A stretch of DNA of 63,642 bases, the filler included, from Lenisia limosa (lineage: Eukaryota > Protista > Breviatea): NCBI GenBank assembly GCA_001655205.1. It is 11 parts of 11 records of this genome, joined end to end, with 100 filler letters (N's around TTAATTAATTAA, not from the genome) between each part and the next. Parts side by side here need not be neighbours in the genome. Positions count along the whole stretch, not along the records: positions 39,617 to 42,077 come from LPNZ01008824.1; positions 42,178 to 44,222 come from LPNZ01004405.1; positions 44,323 to 45,799 come from LPNZ01000298.1; positions 45,900 to 49,982 come from LPNZ01009626.1; positions 50,083 to 54,806 come from LPNZ01008719.1; 6 more parts are not named here. One strand, given 5' to 3'. The notes under the pieces are model-generated. The model was not told where the DNA came from. It searched no databases and was given only the letters and a program-made list of their open reading frames with translations. Position numbers and translations under genes: made by a program. Below, one piece after another: positions 39,617 to 53,200 of the stretch (within the stretch, counting starts at the first letter, position 1; each line of letters begins with the position of its first letter).

Positions 39617-41970
39617 CTGTCTACTGGCTAGGGGAAGGTCTAGTGCCCACTGCATTGCATCCGAAGCACGCTTGAAGGATCTGTAATTCAATAAATCGCT
39701 GGAAGGGGTGTCTGAAGGATATACAAGTCAATAAATGGTGAATATAGCTTTAAAAATTTGTTAGAAGGATCTACAAGTCAATAAAGTAGCTTTTAGTCAT
39801 GAATATAGCGTTTAAATGATTTTATCTATTGTAGCTTTATTTTTCATCTCTATATTGATATACATGTATATGGGTGAAATGTGTGAATATATAGCTAAAA
39901 GAGCGTTCGAATGAGCATATACAGCTTAAATTTTCCTATTACCCCCACTTCCCCACCCTCCTTCCCCACAAAACAGCAAACATATCTACCCCTCCCCTTA
40001 CATAACATCAACATTGGAGAGTTGTGGCTGCTGGTGAATATTTGGTAGAATTGCGCTAAACACGTGCTTCTGTTCTAATATATTATAGCTATATGATATT
40101 ATATATCATATCATATGATGATAAAATGAGAAATAAAAATAAGTGCCCAAACAATCCCGAATTTCTTGATAACTCCTCGATAAATTTTTGGAATGTTGGG
40201 GAAGCCCTAATTATAGGGCGAAATCCGCTTCTGGTTCAAATCAATCACTTTATAATCAGCCCAGTGTAGGGGTTTGGTAATACTGAGCTTGAATTCATTC
40301 TCACGATTATTACCTTTCCGCAAGTATTCTTCATCGTAAGTTTCTTCATTACTCCCCCCCCCCCCCCNNNNNNNNNNNNNNNNNNNNNNNNNNNNNNNNN
40401 NNNNNNNNNNNNNNNNNNNNNNNNNNNNNNNNNNNNNNNNNNNNNNNNNNNNNNNNNNNNNNNNNNNNNNNNNNNNNNNNNNNNNNNNNNNNNNNNNNNN
40501 NNNNNNNNNNNNNNNNNNNNNNNNNNNNNNNNNNNNNNNNNNNNNNNNNNNNNNNNNNNNNNNNNNNNNNNNNNNNNNNNNNNNNNNNNNNNNNNNNNNN
40601 NNNNNNNNNNNNNNNNNNNNNNNNNNNNNNNNNNNNNNNNNNNNNNNNNNNNNNNNNNNNNNNNNNNNNNNNNNNNNNNNNNNNNNNNAAGAATCACTTG
40701 TGTTAAAGTTAAACGAAGAAAAATTCGAGGAGGATACTTGCGTAAAGGTACTAAAATGGAAAATTTATTTATAAAAAAAAAAAAAAGTGTGTATGTGGGT
40801 TGAAACCAACAAAACAATCAAAGCCCAGGCCAGTCTTATTCAATACCGCATCCCACAACTTGAAAAACAATGGAAATGTAAGAAACAAAACCACTCCAAA
40901 TCCACTCTGTTGGCTAAGGATTTTTATTGACCCCCCTCCTCCCCAATTTTGTGCTTTTGTCATTTGCTTTTTGTCTAGTACCTTTACGCCAATATTCTTC
41001 CCCCTAAGCATTTGAGCCCATCCGCATACCTCGGCTGGTTTGCTGAGATCATCATCCCCTCCTCCATTAAATCCAATTGTTCATTACAGAGTTCAATCTA
41101 CAATGTTAAGGCATAATTGTCTTATTTGTTTGGAGTTTCAGATTATTCGGTTCGTGATTAGCACCTTTACTCCAACGTTTTTCATCGAAATTTCCTTCGT
41201 TTTACCCCCCCCCCTCTAACAGAGAAGATATGATTAAAAAATAACAAAGCCCAACCACCTAAATATTACCCCCTCTACTAGGGCTTCACTTCGGTTCAAA
41301 AAAAGACTGAATTTCTCGATAAATCCTCGAAACTATCGATATTTTAAGGTCTTTTTCGAACCGAAGTGAAGCCAACATAATACGCATTAGCAAAGCCCCG
41401 CAAACCTCCAAAAAGTCACAGACAAAGAAGTCTCCTAGAGACAGCATTGTAGCGCCTGGGGGAATAAAAATAGAGGAAAGGGGGAGTCTTCCTTCATAAA
41501 TGATATCTTTGAAAGTATATTGAGGGAAGAGGCTATGGGTGTAATGAAAAAAGGGAAACAAGTTAACTTGGGGAAGAAGTGCTTGTCCTAAGGATATAAA
41601 TATGTCTGTCACATACCTTCAAACCTTGTGTGTTCAAGGTGTGTTGCCTTTTTGCTCTTCGTTCTTCTGACTTTTCTTGCTTCTTTTCTCTTCTCCTGCT
41701 TTTGTCAAGCTTTTGTTGAAGCAAATGGTTGAGGGGTGAGTGAATGTAACAAATGTAAAAAAATATGTCTTTGTGTTTTGTGTGGTTTTTTGAGGCAATT
41801 TGGAGGCAATAAGAAAGAAGAATAGAAGAATAGAAGAATAATAAAAAGAAGACGAAGCTGAGAAGAAAGGGTATAAACTCTGACAATGATGGTAAAATGG
41901 CCGATCTTCTTCTCCATGATTGTAGCGTCACTGCTTGTAAGCTGCATTGCATTTAAGCTCTCGCATGACA
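39617..41970 (-). CDS. Hypothetical multi-exon gene fragment, possible cyclase-like segment
   Basis: Exon-like blocks with splice signals; SFKRASDAMQWALDLPLA loosely resembles the AF..A.DA..WAL segment of amoebozoan receptor cyclases. Weak. Confidence 0.25.
41279..41375. mobile_element. MITE family A copy
   Basis: TAGGGCTTCACTTCGGTTC...GAACCGAAGTGAAGCC; no TSD recognisable. Confidence 0.8.
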
Positions 41971-42254
41971 ATGTTGCCAAGGTATGTACATATGAGTGCA
42001 ATCCTGAAGAGAAATCCTGATGAGTGGAGCTTGGAGGATTATATCCTATCTTGTTGGGTCATTTTCACAAGTGTGTANNNNNNNNNNNNNNNNNNNNNNN
42101 NNNNNNNNNNNNNNNNNNNNNTTAATTAATTAANNNNNNNNNNNNNNNNNNNNNNNNNNNNNNNNNNNNNNNNNNNNAAGGGGGCTGTAAAGACGGGGTG
42201 AATCTATATCGTAAACATGGGGAGGGGGGGGGTAACGATGACATAAAAACCAAC

Positions 42255-43785
42255 CTGTTTTCTGTTACCGCCTTGTTTGACACGACTCTTGCGCTTACGT
42301 GGGTCTGAAGGATGAGCGTGGTGGTATGGTAATGGGTTTATTGTAACCGTACTTATTTATTTGCTTCCATCGATTTTATTAATGTATTGTTTTTTTTGCT
42401 CTAAAAAACATGGGGGTGAATTTTGACGAATATTACGGGATGAAGGATGAATATTATAGATAGCATGATAGATATCATATGATCCAGCATATTTGTATGG
42501 GTCTAAGTGAACAGCATGTTCCTTTCACTATATTTCTCATTTCTACAGAGCATACGCTCTTATATGATGATACGGTTTCAAAAAAGACCGAAAAGATGTG
42601 AACCGCCGATATTTTTCAAAATTTATAGAGAATACTGAGAAATTCAGTCGTTTTAGAATCACAAATGCCATGCCTACCTTCCGGGGTGAAATAGATCCTG
42701 TCAACGTCACCATAGTGTGAGAGAAGGTGCTTGATCTGGCTGTGTTACTTCAAAACAAGAAAATCTCATTTAGGGGTTGTAAAGAGTTTTCATGGTACTC
42801 AAATCAGACTTTCACATCGGATAATGGGCTCAGTTGGTATCAAAATCTTTCACAAAGGCCATACATGAGATGAAATACTCTGTCTGTTTATTTTTCAATA
42901 TTATATCAATAATCATTTCCTAATGTTGTACGAGGCAAAAATGAATGATTGCGGGAGCANNNNNNNNNNNNNNNNNNNNNNNNNNNNNNNNNNNNNNNNN
43001 NNNNNNNNNNNNNNNNNNNNNNNNNNCTTATCAACGTTATGATGTAAACTATTTTGGTCCTATACTACCACTATTTCTTTTTCATTTCAACATATTACAG
43101 GAGATTTAATGGAACATAACAGCATACTGGATGGCTGTAAGGGATGGTAATAGTAATGGTTCAGCAGTAAAAACGTTAATCGACTGATACATTCAATCCT
43201 ACATAATATTGTAATATTCCTTTTGATACGAGAAAGCCCACTCAAATATCCATATTTTTTGAAGATTTATAACGAAATACAGCGCTACGGCAGCTTCAAT
43301 CAGATACCATATGCCTACCTTTTCAGGCTTTACAAAGGGAGGGAGGCGGGCAATGTACACAATTCCCTGTGATAAGTCAGAATAGAGCAATAATAAAGCC
43401 AAATCAGCGGAAGAGGCCCCGGAATAAGACCAACCCTCTTCTCTTGGTTGGTGCGCCATTCCTTGAGCTCCTCTTTCTGCTCCTTCGAGAGCTTAATCTT
43501 CTCATTCTTCTTCTTTTCCTTCTCAATCAAAGGCTCCATCTGAATACGGAGCTCCTCGTCGGATTTGATCTTCTCCTCTCTTGCCTTCTTCTCCTGAATC
43601 TCCTCCGCCTCATCCTCACTATCAATCTCCTCCTCTTCATTCTCTACATCTTCGCTGTCAATCTCCTCTTCAGACACCACTGCCTCCTCAGCATCATCAA
43701 AGATTTCAACAGGTTCTTCGATCTTTTCCTCGACCTTGACCGGCGCTTCCTTCGGTTTAGCGCTCCTTTTAGATGATTTCCTCAT
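42255..43785 (-). CDS. ESF2: Pre-rRNA processing protein ESF2/ABT1, 5' part
   Basis: Acidic/Lys-rich N-terminus, then GIVYIARLPPFVKPEK|IKHLLSHYGDVDRIYFTPE|DPRKRKSRVKQGGNRKQ, matching the ESF2 RRM signature (GVVY.S.IPPYMKP.K..QIL..FGE.DR.FL). Confidence 0.85.
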
Positions 43786-44479
43786 ACCGAATCCACTGAG
43801 GTCAAACTGAGGTGTGTGGGTGTGTGTTTTCCGTTTGTCGTGAGTCATATAAAACAGCCAATACCCTGGTCCAACTTTTAAAGAAAATTTTCTGCCATTT
43901 CTGAACAGATTTCAGATTTCAGAGTGGATTTAATCACGTAGTTAATATTACAACATCATTAGTCAACGTGAAAGGGATATTTAAGAAGCAGGGAAGTTGG
44001 GCAATTTGCTTATAGAGCTCGCATGGGCGTTCCCAGGGGCTAAAAGCAGTTGAAAGAAGGATAAAGCCTCGTTTGTTGCGAGGATGTCTTCAAAACCGAA
44101 GCTCCCTCCTGGGATCTACGCTAATCCTGGTTGGTTATGGAACTTGAAAGCAACCTGTGTTTATGGTTCGTAACAATCATTTTCATTCATGATCTCCATC
44201 CCTCTTATTGGCATTATCTTTTNNNNNNNNNNNNNNNNNNNNNNNNNNNNNNNNNNNNNNNNNNNNTTAATTAATTAANNNNNNNNNNNNNNNNNNNNNN
44301 NNNNNNNNNNNNNNNNNNNNNNATATATTCACAGTGACCGTTCAAGACTTATCCCGGTCATTGTATCATATAATATACTATATGTATGATATGAAAAATC
44401 AAACAAGGCTGTATCCAGCCGAATATCAGTTATCAAATAAGGCTGTATCCAGCCGAATAGCAGTAAGCTTACGGGGGGA

Positions 44480-45600
44480 ACAGGCTTGACAGGCCACGCC
44501 ATGAGGGGGAAGTCTTGGATCCGAGGGGCGATGTAACCTAGTACGTCACATGCTGAGGAAAGGCGTACTGCTTATATGGCTGGCAAACAATGAACAAAAG
44601 TCCATATAAAACCGTGAAAGATTGTTATCTTGCTTGAGAAGGACTTTTGCTAATTACTACAATTAACTACCATGATTCTATTCAAAGTGTACAGACTTAT
44701 TGTCTCCTTTATTCTCTCATTTAAGTGATGGGGCCTTTTGGAACTGAGTTGCTTGTGAGTTAATTCTGTTGAAGTGAGCGACCATCAACAGTTTCTTCGT
44801 TGTTCGATATGACGCTCCCTTAATTGAGATGGTGGGATATTTGACTTAACTTAGTTTGGCTAAAACTAGGATGGTTTGTTTAAAAAAAACGCATGAAGTT
44901 GTAAAAAAAACTGATTTTTACTTATATCATCTATTTTGCTCTTTCACCCGCTTAAAAATGACACTGCCTCATTTTCAGATGAGTCCCTTGGTATATGGTA
45001 ACTGAACAAACATAAGCCGAAATAGTGTAAAAGACACCGAAAATGATGTAATGTCGGGGGTTTTGTTCGGTAGTATACTATACAAAGCCTCCGACCTGGT
45101 AAGGGAGTTATGGAGTTCTGACTGGCCGGAGTACCAGGTACCTGAAGCGGAGTGGAGGGGACAGCAGAAGCAATAATCGACGCCGGAGTCATTGGAGTGG
45201 TCTTGCGTTCCTTGGGTATCGATGGTGTGACTGTGACGTCAGAATCTGCCCCTCTTTAAAGACTCCTCTGCACCACCAGAGGCTCAAAGGTTTGGTTTTC
45301 AAGTGAATAACACAATCATTGGTTTTCTATGTCAAAAATATCGATATTATTATTATTATTCGGACGTTTTCTTTCATAGCCAAGATTCACGGAAGTACTT
45401 GCTCAAACAAAGTGACTCATGACTATCCATCTTTGAAGTAGCACTAGGGCTTCACTTCGGTTCGAAAAAAGACTGATTTTTCGATAATCTTCGAAAAATA
45501 GATATTTTACCGGTCTTTTTCGAACCGAAGTGAAGCTCCAAGTAGTACTTACCTGGTTCGGAGGGGACAGAGGTTGGGGTGACTGAGGGGTGAAAGTTTC
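44480..45600 (-). CDS. Hypothetical Pro/Ser/Thr-rich protein fragment
   Basis: Exon-like blocks with GT donors (TPASIIASAVPSTPLQVPGTPASQNSITPLP; GYIAPRIQDFPLMAWPVKPVPP). Confidence 0.25.
45445..45540. mobile_element. MITE family A copy
   Basis: TIRs present; TSD AGTAGCAC/AGTAGTAC (7/8). Confidence 0.85.
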
Positions 45601-47100
45601 GGCACAAAAAACAAAGAAGACAAAGCAACCAATTCTATCATGTTAAGGCCACCCCCGGTCAGTACGTACAGTGACAACGAGAATTCCTAATACGGATATT
45701 GAGCTTTCTCTTTAGTCAATCGTGTCAGGACTTATCGCGGTCAATTATTACACTATTATATAATAGCTATATGATATGCATATACTATTACTATTAAACN
45801 NNNNNNNNNNNNNNNNNNNNNNNNNNNNNNNNNNNNNNNNNNNTTAATTAATTAANNNNNNNNNNNNNNNNNNNNNNNNNNNNNNNNNNNNNNNNNNNNG
45901 AATCCGCAAAGAGGTTGTTTCGGCACTCCTTTCATAAACAGAACTACCTGGGGGGGTTAATACGTCTGGAGTCTTGTGATCTCCTTAATTTTACTTTCCG
46001 CGGTGTACAAACGCAGTGATGCTTATGGTACCCCTATGTATTAATTTCCCTTAATTTTATTCCATACATTATCCTGTTTTCAACACCGCCGACTTTATTA
46101 GCGTCGACAATATCGTGGATTTGGTCTCTCACAATCTGGTCGAGGACTGGGTCGCGCGGTGGCTTGTCTGGCTGAACTATTAGAAATTTGGCTCTTCATC
46201 TTATAGGATGAACTGTACGTGGCTTCGTGCAATTAATTGAATCACAATTGAAGTGAGACATACTGTAACCATAACCTCATTATACAAATTATGTCAAATA
46301 ATTTCCTCAAAAAAAGTGAATTGCACGGAGCCGTCTAATGTTGGAAAATCTGGCTCTTCAAAATATAGGTAACTGCTTTTGAACACACGTAGAGAACCTT
46401 CACTTTCGGTTTCCAAAGCACCTGTAAAATATCGTTTTTTTTTGAGAATTCAGTCTTTTTTGGAACCGAAAGCATTTCGAGTCCTTAATAATAAAAAAGC
46501 TTCACCTCATATTTTGACAAGCCAAAAAATTACACATATTGAACGTGATTCATGCAGGAAATCGACAACTTTTCTAAAATTGAATTAAGGGTAGATATTA
46601 AGATAAAAATATAGAACAATAATAAATAGAAATCCATTTCATCTCATTACGTACACTAACCACTTTAAGTACTGACACCTATTTGGAGCTTAAACACTAG
46701 TCAAACGTATCAGGACTTATCGCAGTCAGTGTATATAACATTACTTTAATCGGTGTACTTTGAAAACCACCTCCAATTTTCTGATTTGAGTCTAATGATC
46801 CGGCGGTTGAACTAATAGGGAAGGGCTCTTGAAACAATTTCGACATTTGGGGGCGACATATCGTTATCTAATTCCCAGATTCTTAATTATTCTCTTTATT
46901 TTTTTTTAAAAAATATGTACATTCTTAATTAATGAAACAAATTAATTGCAAAAAATCCTACTTATCCAACTCTGTTTTTTTTTTGTAGCCGAAGTGAAGC
47001 TTTAATGGCCGTTTCCCATTTAGAATCCTGCTCACCAAGACCACCACTTTCTCAACCTCCTGGGAAAACGAACGAAAGAACGGAACTAAAATAATGAAGG

Positions 47101-47200
47101 CTAGTTGGGGGGGAGGGGGTAAAACGAAGGAAATATCGATGAAGAATATTAGTGTAAAGATATTAATCACACGAACACCGAATAATCTGAAACTCAAAAG
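47101..47200 (-). repeat. Dispersed intronic repeat family E, sharing the TTTTAC(C)n terminus with family D
   Basis: Plus-strand form G(n)TAAAACGAAGGAAAT.TCGATGAAGAATATTGG.GTAAAG.TACTAATCAC; copies at ~40300-40367, 40715-40760, 41130-41215 (opposite orientation), 50300-50356 and 54140-54275. Confidence 0.8.
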
Positions 47201-47953
47201 TGAATTCGAAAATCCAAAAAAAAAACATGTCAAAGTCAACTCACATTTGAGAACCACACGAGGTTGTAAACAAAAAAAAAAGCCCACACCAGTCGCTAAA
47301 CCATAACATTTATTATCAAAGGAGCACACAAACGCAGAAAGCAAACCCCCGAAAATAGGCACAAACGACATTGTTTCAAAAAAAAGGCGTTGAAGGTGAC
47401 TAATTGAACTAATATGGGCTTTACGAAGAAAGCCGTCGAACATTTTTGCAGGGTGAATTTCCAAATCTTCCACAAGAATTAAGGCCTAAGGGCCTTATGG
47501 AGAATCTAATTGTACCGTCTTGACCATCCAGCTTTAACCCCCCCCCTCTCTTGCATACCTTGAAGAGTTTTAATCATGGGAGCGCTGACACGAGCGCCCA
47601 GTGACGGGAGGAGTGCCTGCACTGCGCTGAGCAACATAGTGTGATTGTGATGAGGAGAGATGTCGATAAAATTTCCTTTCTTCTTCGCCTTCTGTAATTG
47701 TTATACGTCCACAACACGCCACAATCCACTATTCACTATTGTTTATTCCTTTCATCTTTCAAACATTTTTTCATTCTTTATAAACCAATATGATCCGCAG
47801 ATCCCGTCCTTTTTTAAGTTTTAATAGGGTTTTCAAGAAGAAAGTTTCAACAGTTTCTGAGTTTCAGTTCATTCTCTCTTGCTTAGAGGATAACAACAGA
47901 CAAAAACTATTATTATATACATAGAAGAGGGTAAAGCCTCATATAGTCAAACA

Positions 47954-48312
47954 ATGGCATCTTTTTTCACTCTTGCGGCGTTCCTAGCTCTCTTCCTTGG
48001 AGTATGTACCGCTCAAGACACTACTATTACAATGTGGGTGGAAGTGAAGGTGATTTGGTACATCCCACTCGCATAGCTTCAAGATCACAGTATTACCAAG
48101 TGAGAGTATGTGCTATGTGATCTCATATGAACGAGAAGCAAAACTTCGGGTTATGGTTGTATTTTAATCAAAATATGATTATGTTGAAAGACAACCGATG
48201 GTTTTCACTTCAGTCCCGTTTTTTAACTTGTCCGTCCGAATATAGAGGGGCACTTTTGCCAGTAATAGTTGCTGTTATCATTATCATATCTCTTAGAAGG
48301 AATTGGTGGTGA
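47954..48312 (+). CDS. Possible small secreted or membrane protein (signal peptide)
   Basis: MASFFTLAAFLALFLGVCTAQDTTIT signal-like N-terminus followed by a GT donor; downstream exon assignment is speculative. Confidence 0.25.
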
Positions 48313-48829
48313 TGAGGGCGGTGAAGGTGATAGGGACGGGGGTACGGAGGATGATACTGGTTGGGCCAGTTGAGGGGGCATGTTGGGGGCGGGAACAAAA
48401 GTGACAACAGGGTCTTCGGTGGCGCGTCGGGGCTTGTGATGACACGTCGGGATTTGGTAAGGGGCCGGCGCCTTCCTCGAGAAGATCAACGTGATGGTGT
48501 GATCTAATATCTTTTATAAGCATGATGGTGTGGATGGCTTCGGCCAGATACATCAATAATTACTGAAAGTGGACTTTTTATTTCAGGGACAAAAAAACAC
48601 CTTCTTTCTATTTGAGATGACCTTTTCACTACGGCAATTGTAAGATCTGTTGGCCATAATTTTCTTCGAATTCCCATATAATAATTTTATTCCCAGGTAA
48701 ATAATGGGTACCCTGGTATTGATTTTGAAGAATAGAAGAAACAAAAGTAAATACAGTTCAGGCTCAACAATGACCCACCTATCTTGCGCTCTCTAACTCC
48801 AATAGGACAGCGGAGGGAGATCTGGTTAA

Positions 48830-49596
48830 GAGCAGTGCGGGCGTGGCATCCCCCATCATGTCCTCAAATGATGTTGATAAGAAGGTTTGAAAGATGCTTG
48901 TTAACAATGATGTTGGTTGACGATGCTTGTATAACATTTGTTGTTAAATAGGTTTTCAGAACCCTTGCAATTCATTTTGAATTGAAACTGTGACATATTG
49001 TGAGGAGAGCTCCGTTTCAAACCAAATGTATACTATATCATGTAATAGAAAGATGAGAAATAAAAAGGTTGTATCTGGCCGAAACCGTCACGTTGATAAC
49101 ATTTTAGTTGGAGACTCTGATATCACGGATTGAATACCTCGAGGAGGCCCTCCACAACCTTACTTGGGTACCCCCTTTCTCCTCTTGCCAAGACATTTTT
49201 GCTGAGGGTACAACAACTTCCGGGCATTATGATGTTGGGGGGGGGGGGGNNNNNNNNNNNNNNNNNNNNNNNNNNNNNNNNNNNNNNNNNNNNNNNNNNN
49301 NNNNNNNNNNNNNNNNNNNNNNNNNNNNNNNNNNNNNNNNNNNNNNNNNNNNNNNNNNNNNNNNNNNNNNNNNNNNNNNNNNNNNNNNNNNNNNNNNNNN
49401 NNNNNNNNNNNNNNNNNNNNNNNNNNNNNNNNNNNNNNNNNNNNNNNNNNNNNNNNNNNNNNNNNNNNNNNNNNNNNNNNNNNNNNNNNNNNNNNNNNNN
49501 NNNNNNNNNNNNNNNNGTGATATGAGCGAGGGCGGCGGGTGGACCTTAGTGGCCAACTACTGGCATAAGGCTGGAGTAGCAATGTTGGTGGAGTAA
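48830..49596 (+). CDS. Fibrinogen-related (FReD/intelectin-N-like) domain protein fragment after a coiled coil
   Basis: LETLISRIEYLEEALHNLTW..SCQDIFAEGTTTSGHYD [gap] DMSEGGGWTLVANYW, the SC..I....G.Y / CDM...GGGWTLV signature. Confidence 0.6.
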
Positions 49597-50289
49597 GGCT
49601 GGAGTAGGTAATAATGGGGATATGGGACGACGTTAAACTACTTGTACAATGCTGGAGCACACAAAAAGCTGTGTGCAAAGAGTTGTAGGGCAAATGATTG
49701 GGTAAATAATATAAATTAAATATAATCAAATACTACTTTGAAGCGTAACAGTATGGACGGCCTCGGCTGGAAACAACCTTGTTTTACTTCTTATTACTAC
49801 AAAACAGTCACCTAATTACCACTGCAGGCAGCCGTTAAACCCAATTGACGGTTTCCCTGCTTTCGAGGAGTTTGCCTTGGGTTTGTGGGACTATCAATAT
49901 GAACTAGGGCTTCACTATGGTCCCAAATAAGACAGAATCTCTCGATAAATCCTCGATAAATATGGATATTTAAACTGTCTTTNNNNNNNNNNNNNNNNNN
50001 NNNNNNNNNNNNNNNNNNNNNNNNNNTTAATTAATTAANNNNNNNNNNNNNNNNNNNNNNNNNNNNNNNNNNNNNNNNNNNNAGTTGGAAATATGATGTG
50101 CTAAAATTAAATAAGAGTGCTAAAACTAGGTGATAAAATCGAAATTTGATGTACTAAAACTAAAGAGACTAATCGAAATGTGATGTGTTAACAATAAAAT
50201 AAACAATGTAATGGAAATACATGTCTGTTGTGCAAAAATTAAATAATAAATGACAATGTGATCGGCTCATATTAAACAATATTATCAAA

Positions 50290-53200
50290 ATATGATGTGC
50301 TTAGGGGGGGGGGGGTAAAACAGAGGAAATTTAAATGAAGAATATTGGCGAAAAGGNNNNNNNNNNNNNNNNNNNNNNNNNNNNNNNNNNNNNNNNNNNN
50401 NNNNNNNNNNNNNNNNNNNCAGAATAATAAGAAACAAGTTAACTGTTTAACCTCCCCCGCCTCCTGACAATACCCAACCTGGACAAGTCTTTCCAACTCC
50501 ACGGAATTGGAGTTGGAAATGTCTCATAAAAGCCCCCATCCTCACCTGGACAAGTCTTGGTAGAATTGGTACTGATGTCGAAATACATTCCAGGCTGCAG
50601 CGTGAATTGGGTAATTCAAGGAGCTTTATGTGAAGTGAATACTTTATTACATATCTTCGAAATAATTCACCTTAATGTCCTAGATTTCTAATGAATATGC
50701 TATATACAATACAGTGGTCCGGATAATTCTTAACCGATTTTCCTTGGGAAATCACATCAAATCGGTCAAGACTTTTCCCGATCACCGTATCTTGTTTTAC
50801 AACCCCCATTACCCCACCTCAACGGGCATGTCACAAATTGACACTTCATGCGTTATATTGCACGGAAACTCCGAGGTGATATTACAAGGCGTTGTTACAT
50901 TGCAAAGCTCCTCGGACGTCACATTCACTAGACTGGTGCTGTTACAGGTGGTTTCAAGGACGCAATCGCAGGTTTCATTACAAGGAATGGAAACTTCGTT
51001 ACATGTGTAACTAATGTTACACGCTGGCGGAATTTCACAAGGCACTGTGACGTTACAGGGGGAGGAGGTAGTGATGTTAGTTGCCGTGGTGATATTGCAC
51101 GGTACTTCAGAAGTACAGTTTAATTCCTCGGTAATTGAGCAGGTTGAGGGAGTAAGGATCGTGACGTTGGTGGCACAGTGGTTGTCGTCTAGAGGGGGGG
51201 GGGGGTAAAACTGGAAAATTTATGAAACNNNNNNNNNNNNNNNNNNNNNNNNNNNNNNNNNNNNNNNNNNNNNNNNNNNNNNNNNNNNNNNNNNNNNNNN
51301 NNNNNNNGCTGACAACACATAAGGGTTGATACAAAACAACAAACAAGCCCAGGCCAGTCGCTCCTGCAGCACCGCATTTCCAGCAAAAAAGGGCAATTTA
51401 GAGGGGATAGCGGTAAAGGGACATATTATGGTATAATATCGATATTGATAGAGGATTTATCGTATTTTTCACACTTTTATTGTAACCGTAGGGAGACTTG
51501 AGAAGGGCAATCCGATTGCTCTTAAAAACAATCATTTTTGCATTTCCCCGATTTTGACTTCATGAATGTACACTGACCGCGATAAGCCCAGACAAGGATA
51601 TTGAGCTTTGTCTTTAGTTAATCGTGCCAGGTCCAAAACGTCCCACCAACCAATGCAGTGAAGCGCCTCAAGCCCAATAAGTTCGCTGAAGCTATCGTAT
51701 ATATGCGAAGAGTCGGGGCAAAGTGAGCAGACGGTCCCGTCGGAGTATTGGCCAGGGGGGCAGGATGAACAGTTGGCAATGGATGATGATCCCTCGGGAG
51801 ATACCAAATTATACGGGCATCTGGGGGGTGTAAAATTGGAATAATTTAAGAAACAAAAAAGCCCAAAATCAACTCTGTTGGCTGACAACACACAAGGTAA
51901 AAACAGAAAAAGCCCAGGCCAGTCGTTTGTAAAAAACGTAAAATTATTGAAACTAAGAGAAGACAAAAAGAAAGAAGAACATATCCCCCCCCCCCCNNNN
52001 NNNNNNNNNNNNNNNNNNNNNNNNNNNNNNNNNNNNNNNTGCCTGGGGGGCTGACGAGGCAATCTTCAAGGATTCTAGGGGGTGAAAATGGAAAATTTTT
52101 GAAATAAAAAAATGACCAAAATCAACACTGTTGGCTGGACAATTTTTCAATTAATAAATCAGGCAATTTCAACATACATACATATGCTCGTGCGCCAAAC
52201 AACTTAATTTTGCGATATCCCGTCACTTTTGAATTTTTGAGAAATAAACATGAAATTGTTGTTCCATATACTGTATTACATAAAACACGTCTCAAAATCA
52301 GAATATAACCACAAAAATAAAAAAAATACTAATACTAAAAACCCAATTTTAAAAAAAAACCTCCTGAAACATCAGATTAAAACCCCAAGAAATAGAAAAG
52401 AAAGAAAACGCTCAGATCAAAAACCCACCTTTCAAATCCGGGGAGACAGAGACATGACTCAATTCTAGACACGGTAAGTGAAATTGTCACTGAGATGTAC
52501 ATATACTTATCGATATTTTACCAGTTTTTTTCTAAACGTAGTGAAGCCCTACTCCTTACAACACTTAACTATCTAATAATATAACAATAAAACACTGCCC
52601 CCCACCCCATGCCGGCACCGGCTGTGAAAGACCCAGCAGGACAGGTGAGACAGCTTGTACCTGAGTTGTGAAGAGAAAACAAGACAGGAAGGGCCAGGAA
52701 ATTGCCCGTTTCCTTTGCAGATACACGACGTAGCGACGTTGATGGAACGTCCAATGGGATTTGCGGCGAGGGGGGGGGGGGGGNNNNNNNNNNNNNNNNN
52801 NNNNNNNNNNNNNNNNNNNNNNNNNNNNNNNNNNNNNNNNNNNNNNNNNNNNNNNNNNNNNNNNNCTATGGCTTGGGTGGGTGAGTGGTAGGATATTTCA
52901 GTGAAGAATAGGGCTTACTTATCATGATTTTACGATAATACACCACTCCACAAAAACCAGTTCATCGTCATCATCATCATCATTATTATTATTATATTAT
53001 TATCACCATCTCATCATCATCATTATTATTACCATCTCATCATCGTTATCACTCTTATTATTATTATTATCATGACTATTACTTTTACTATTATCATCAT
53101 CACCATCACAAAAATATCATAAACACTACACATACTGCATTACCTCCCCATCCCTTACCAGCCAAATACGTCCCTGGAGGGCACAAGTCAAAAACGCCTG

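Noticed and set aside
42740-43320. Possible intronic snoRNA in the long ESF2 intron
   Set aside because: No paired C (RUGAUGA) and D (CUGA) boxes or H/ACA structure recognisable in the visible part; a gap hides the rest.
14123-43785. Alternative genetic code (TAA/TAG = Gln)
   Set aside because: TAA/TAG fall at the expected C-termini of ceramidase, TM9SF and the thioredoxin; in-frame stops elsewhere are explained by introns.
48300-48380. Collagen-like Gly-rich reading on the plus strand
   Set aside because: Short, ends in a stop, and is the reverse complement of a Pro/Ser-rich minus-strand stretch.
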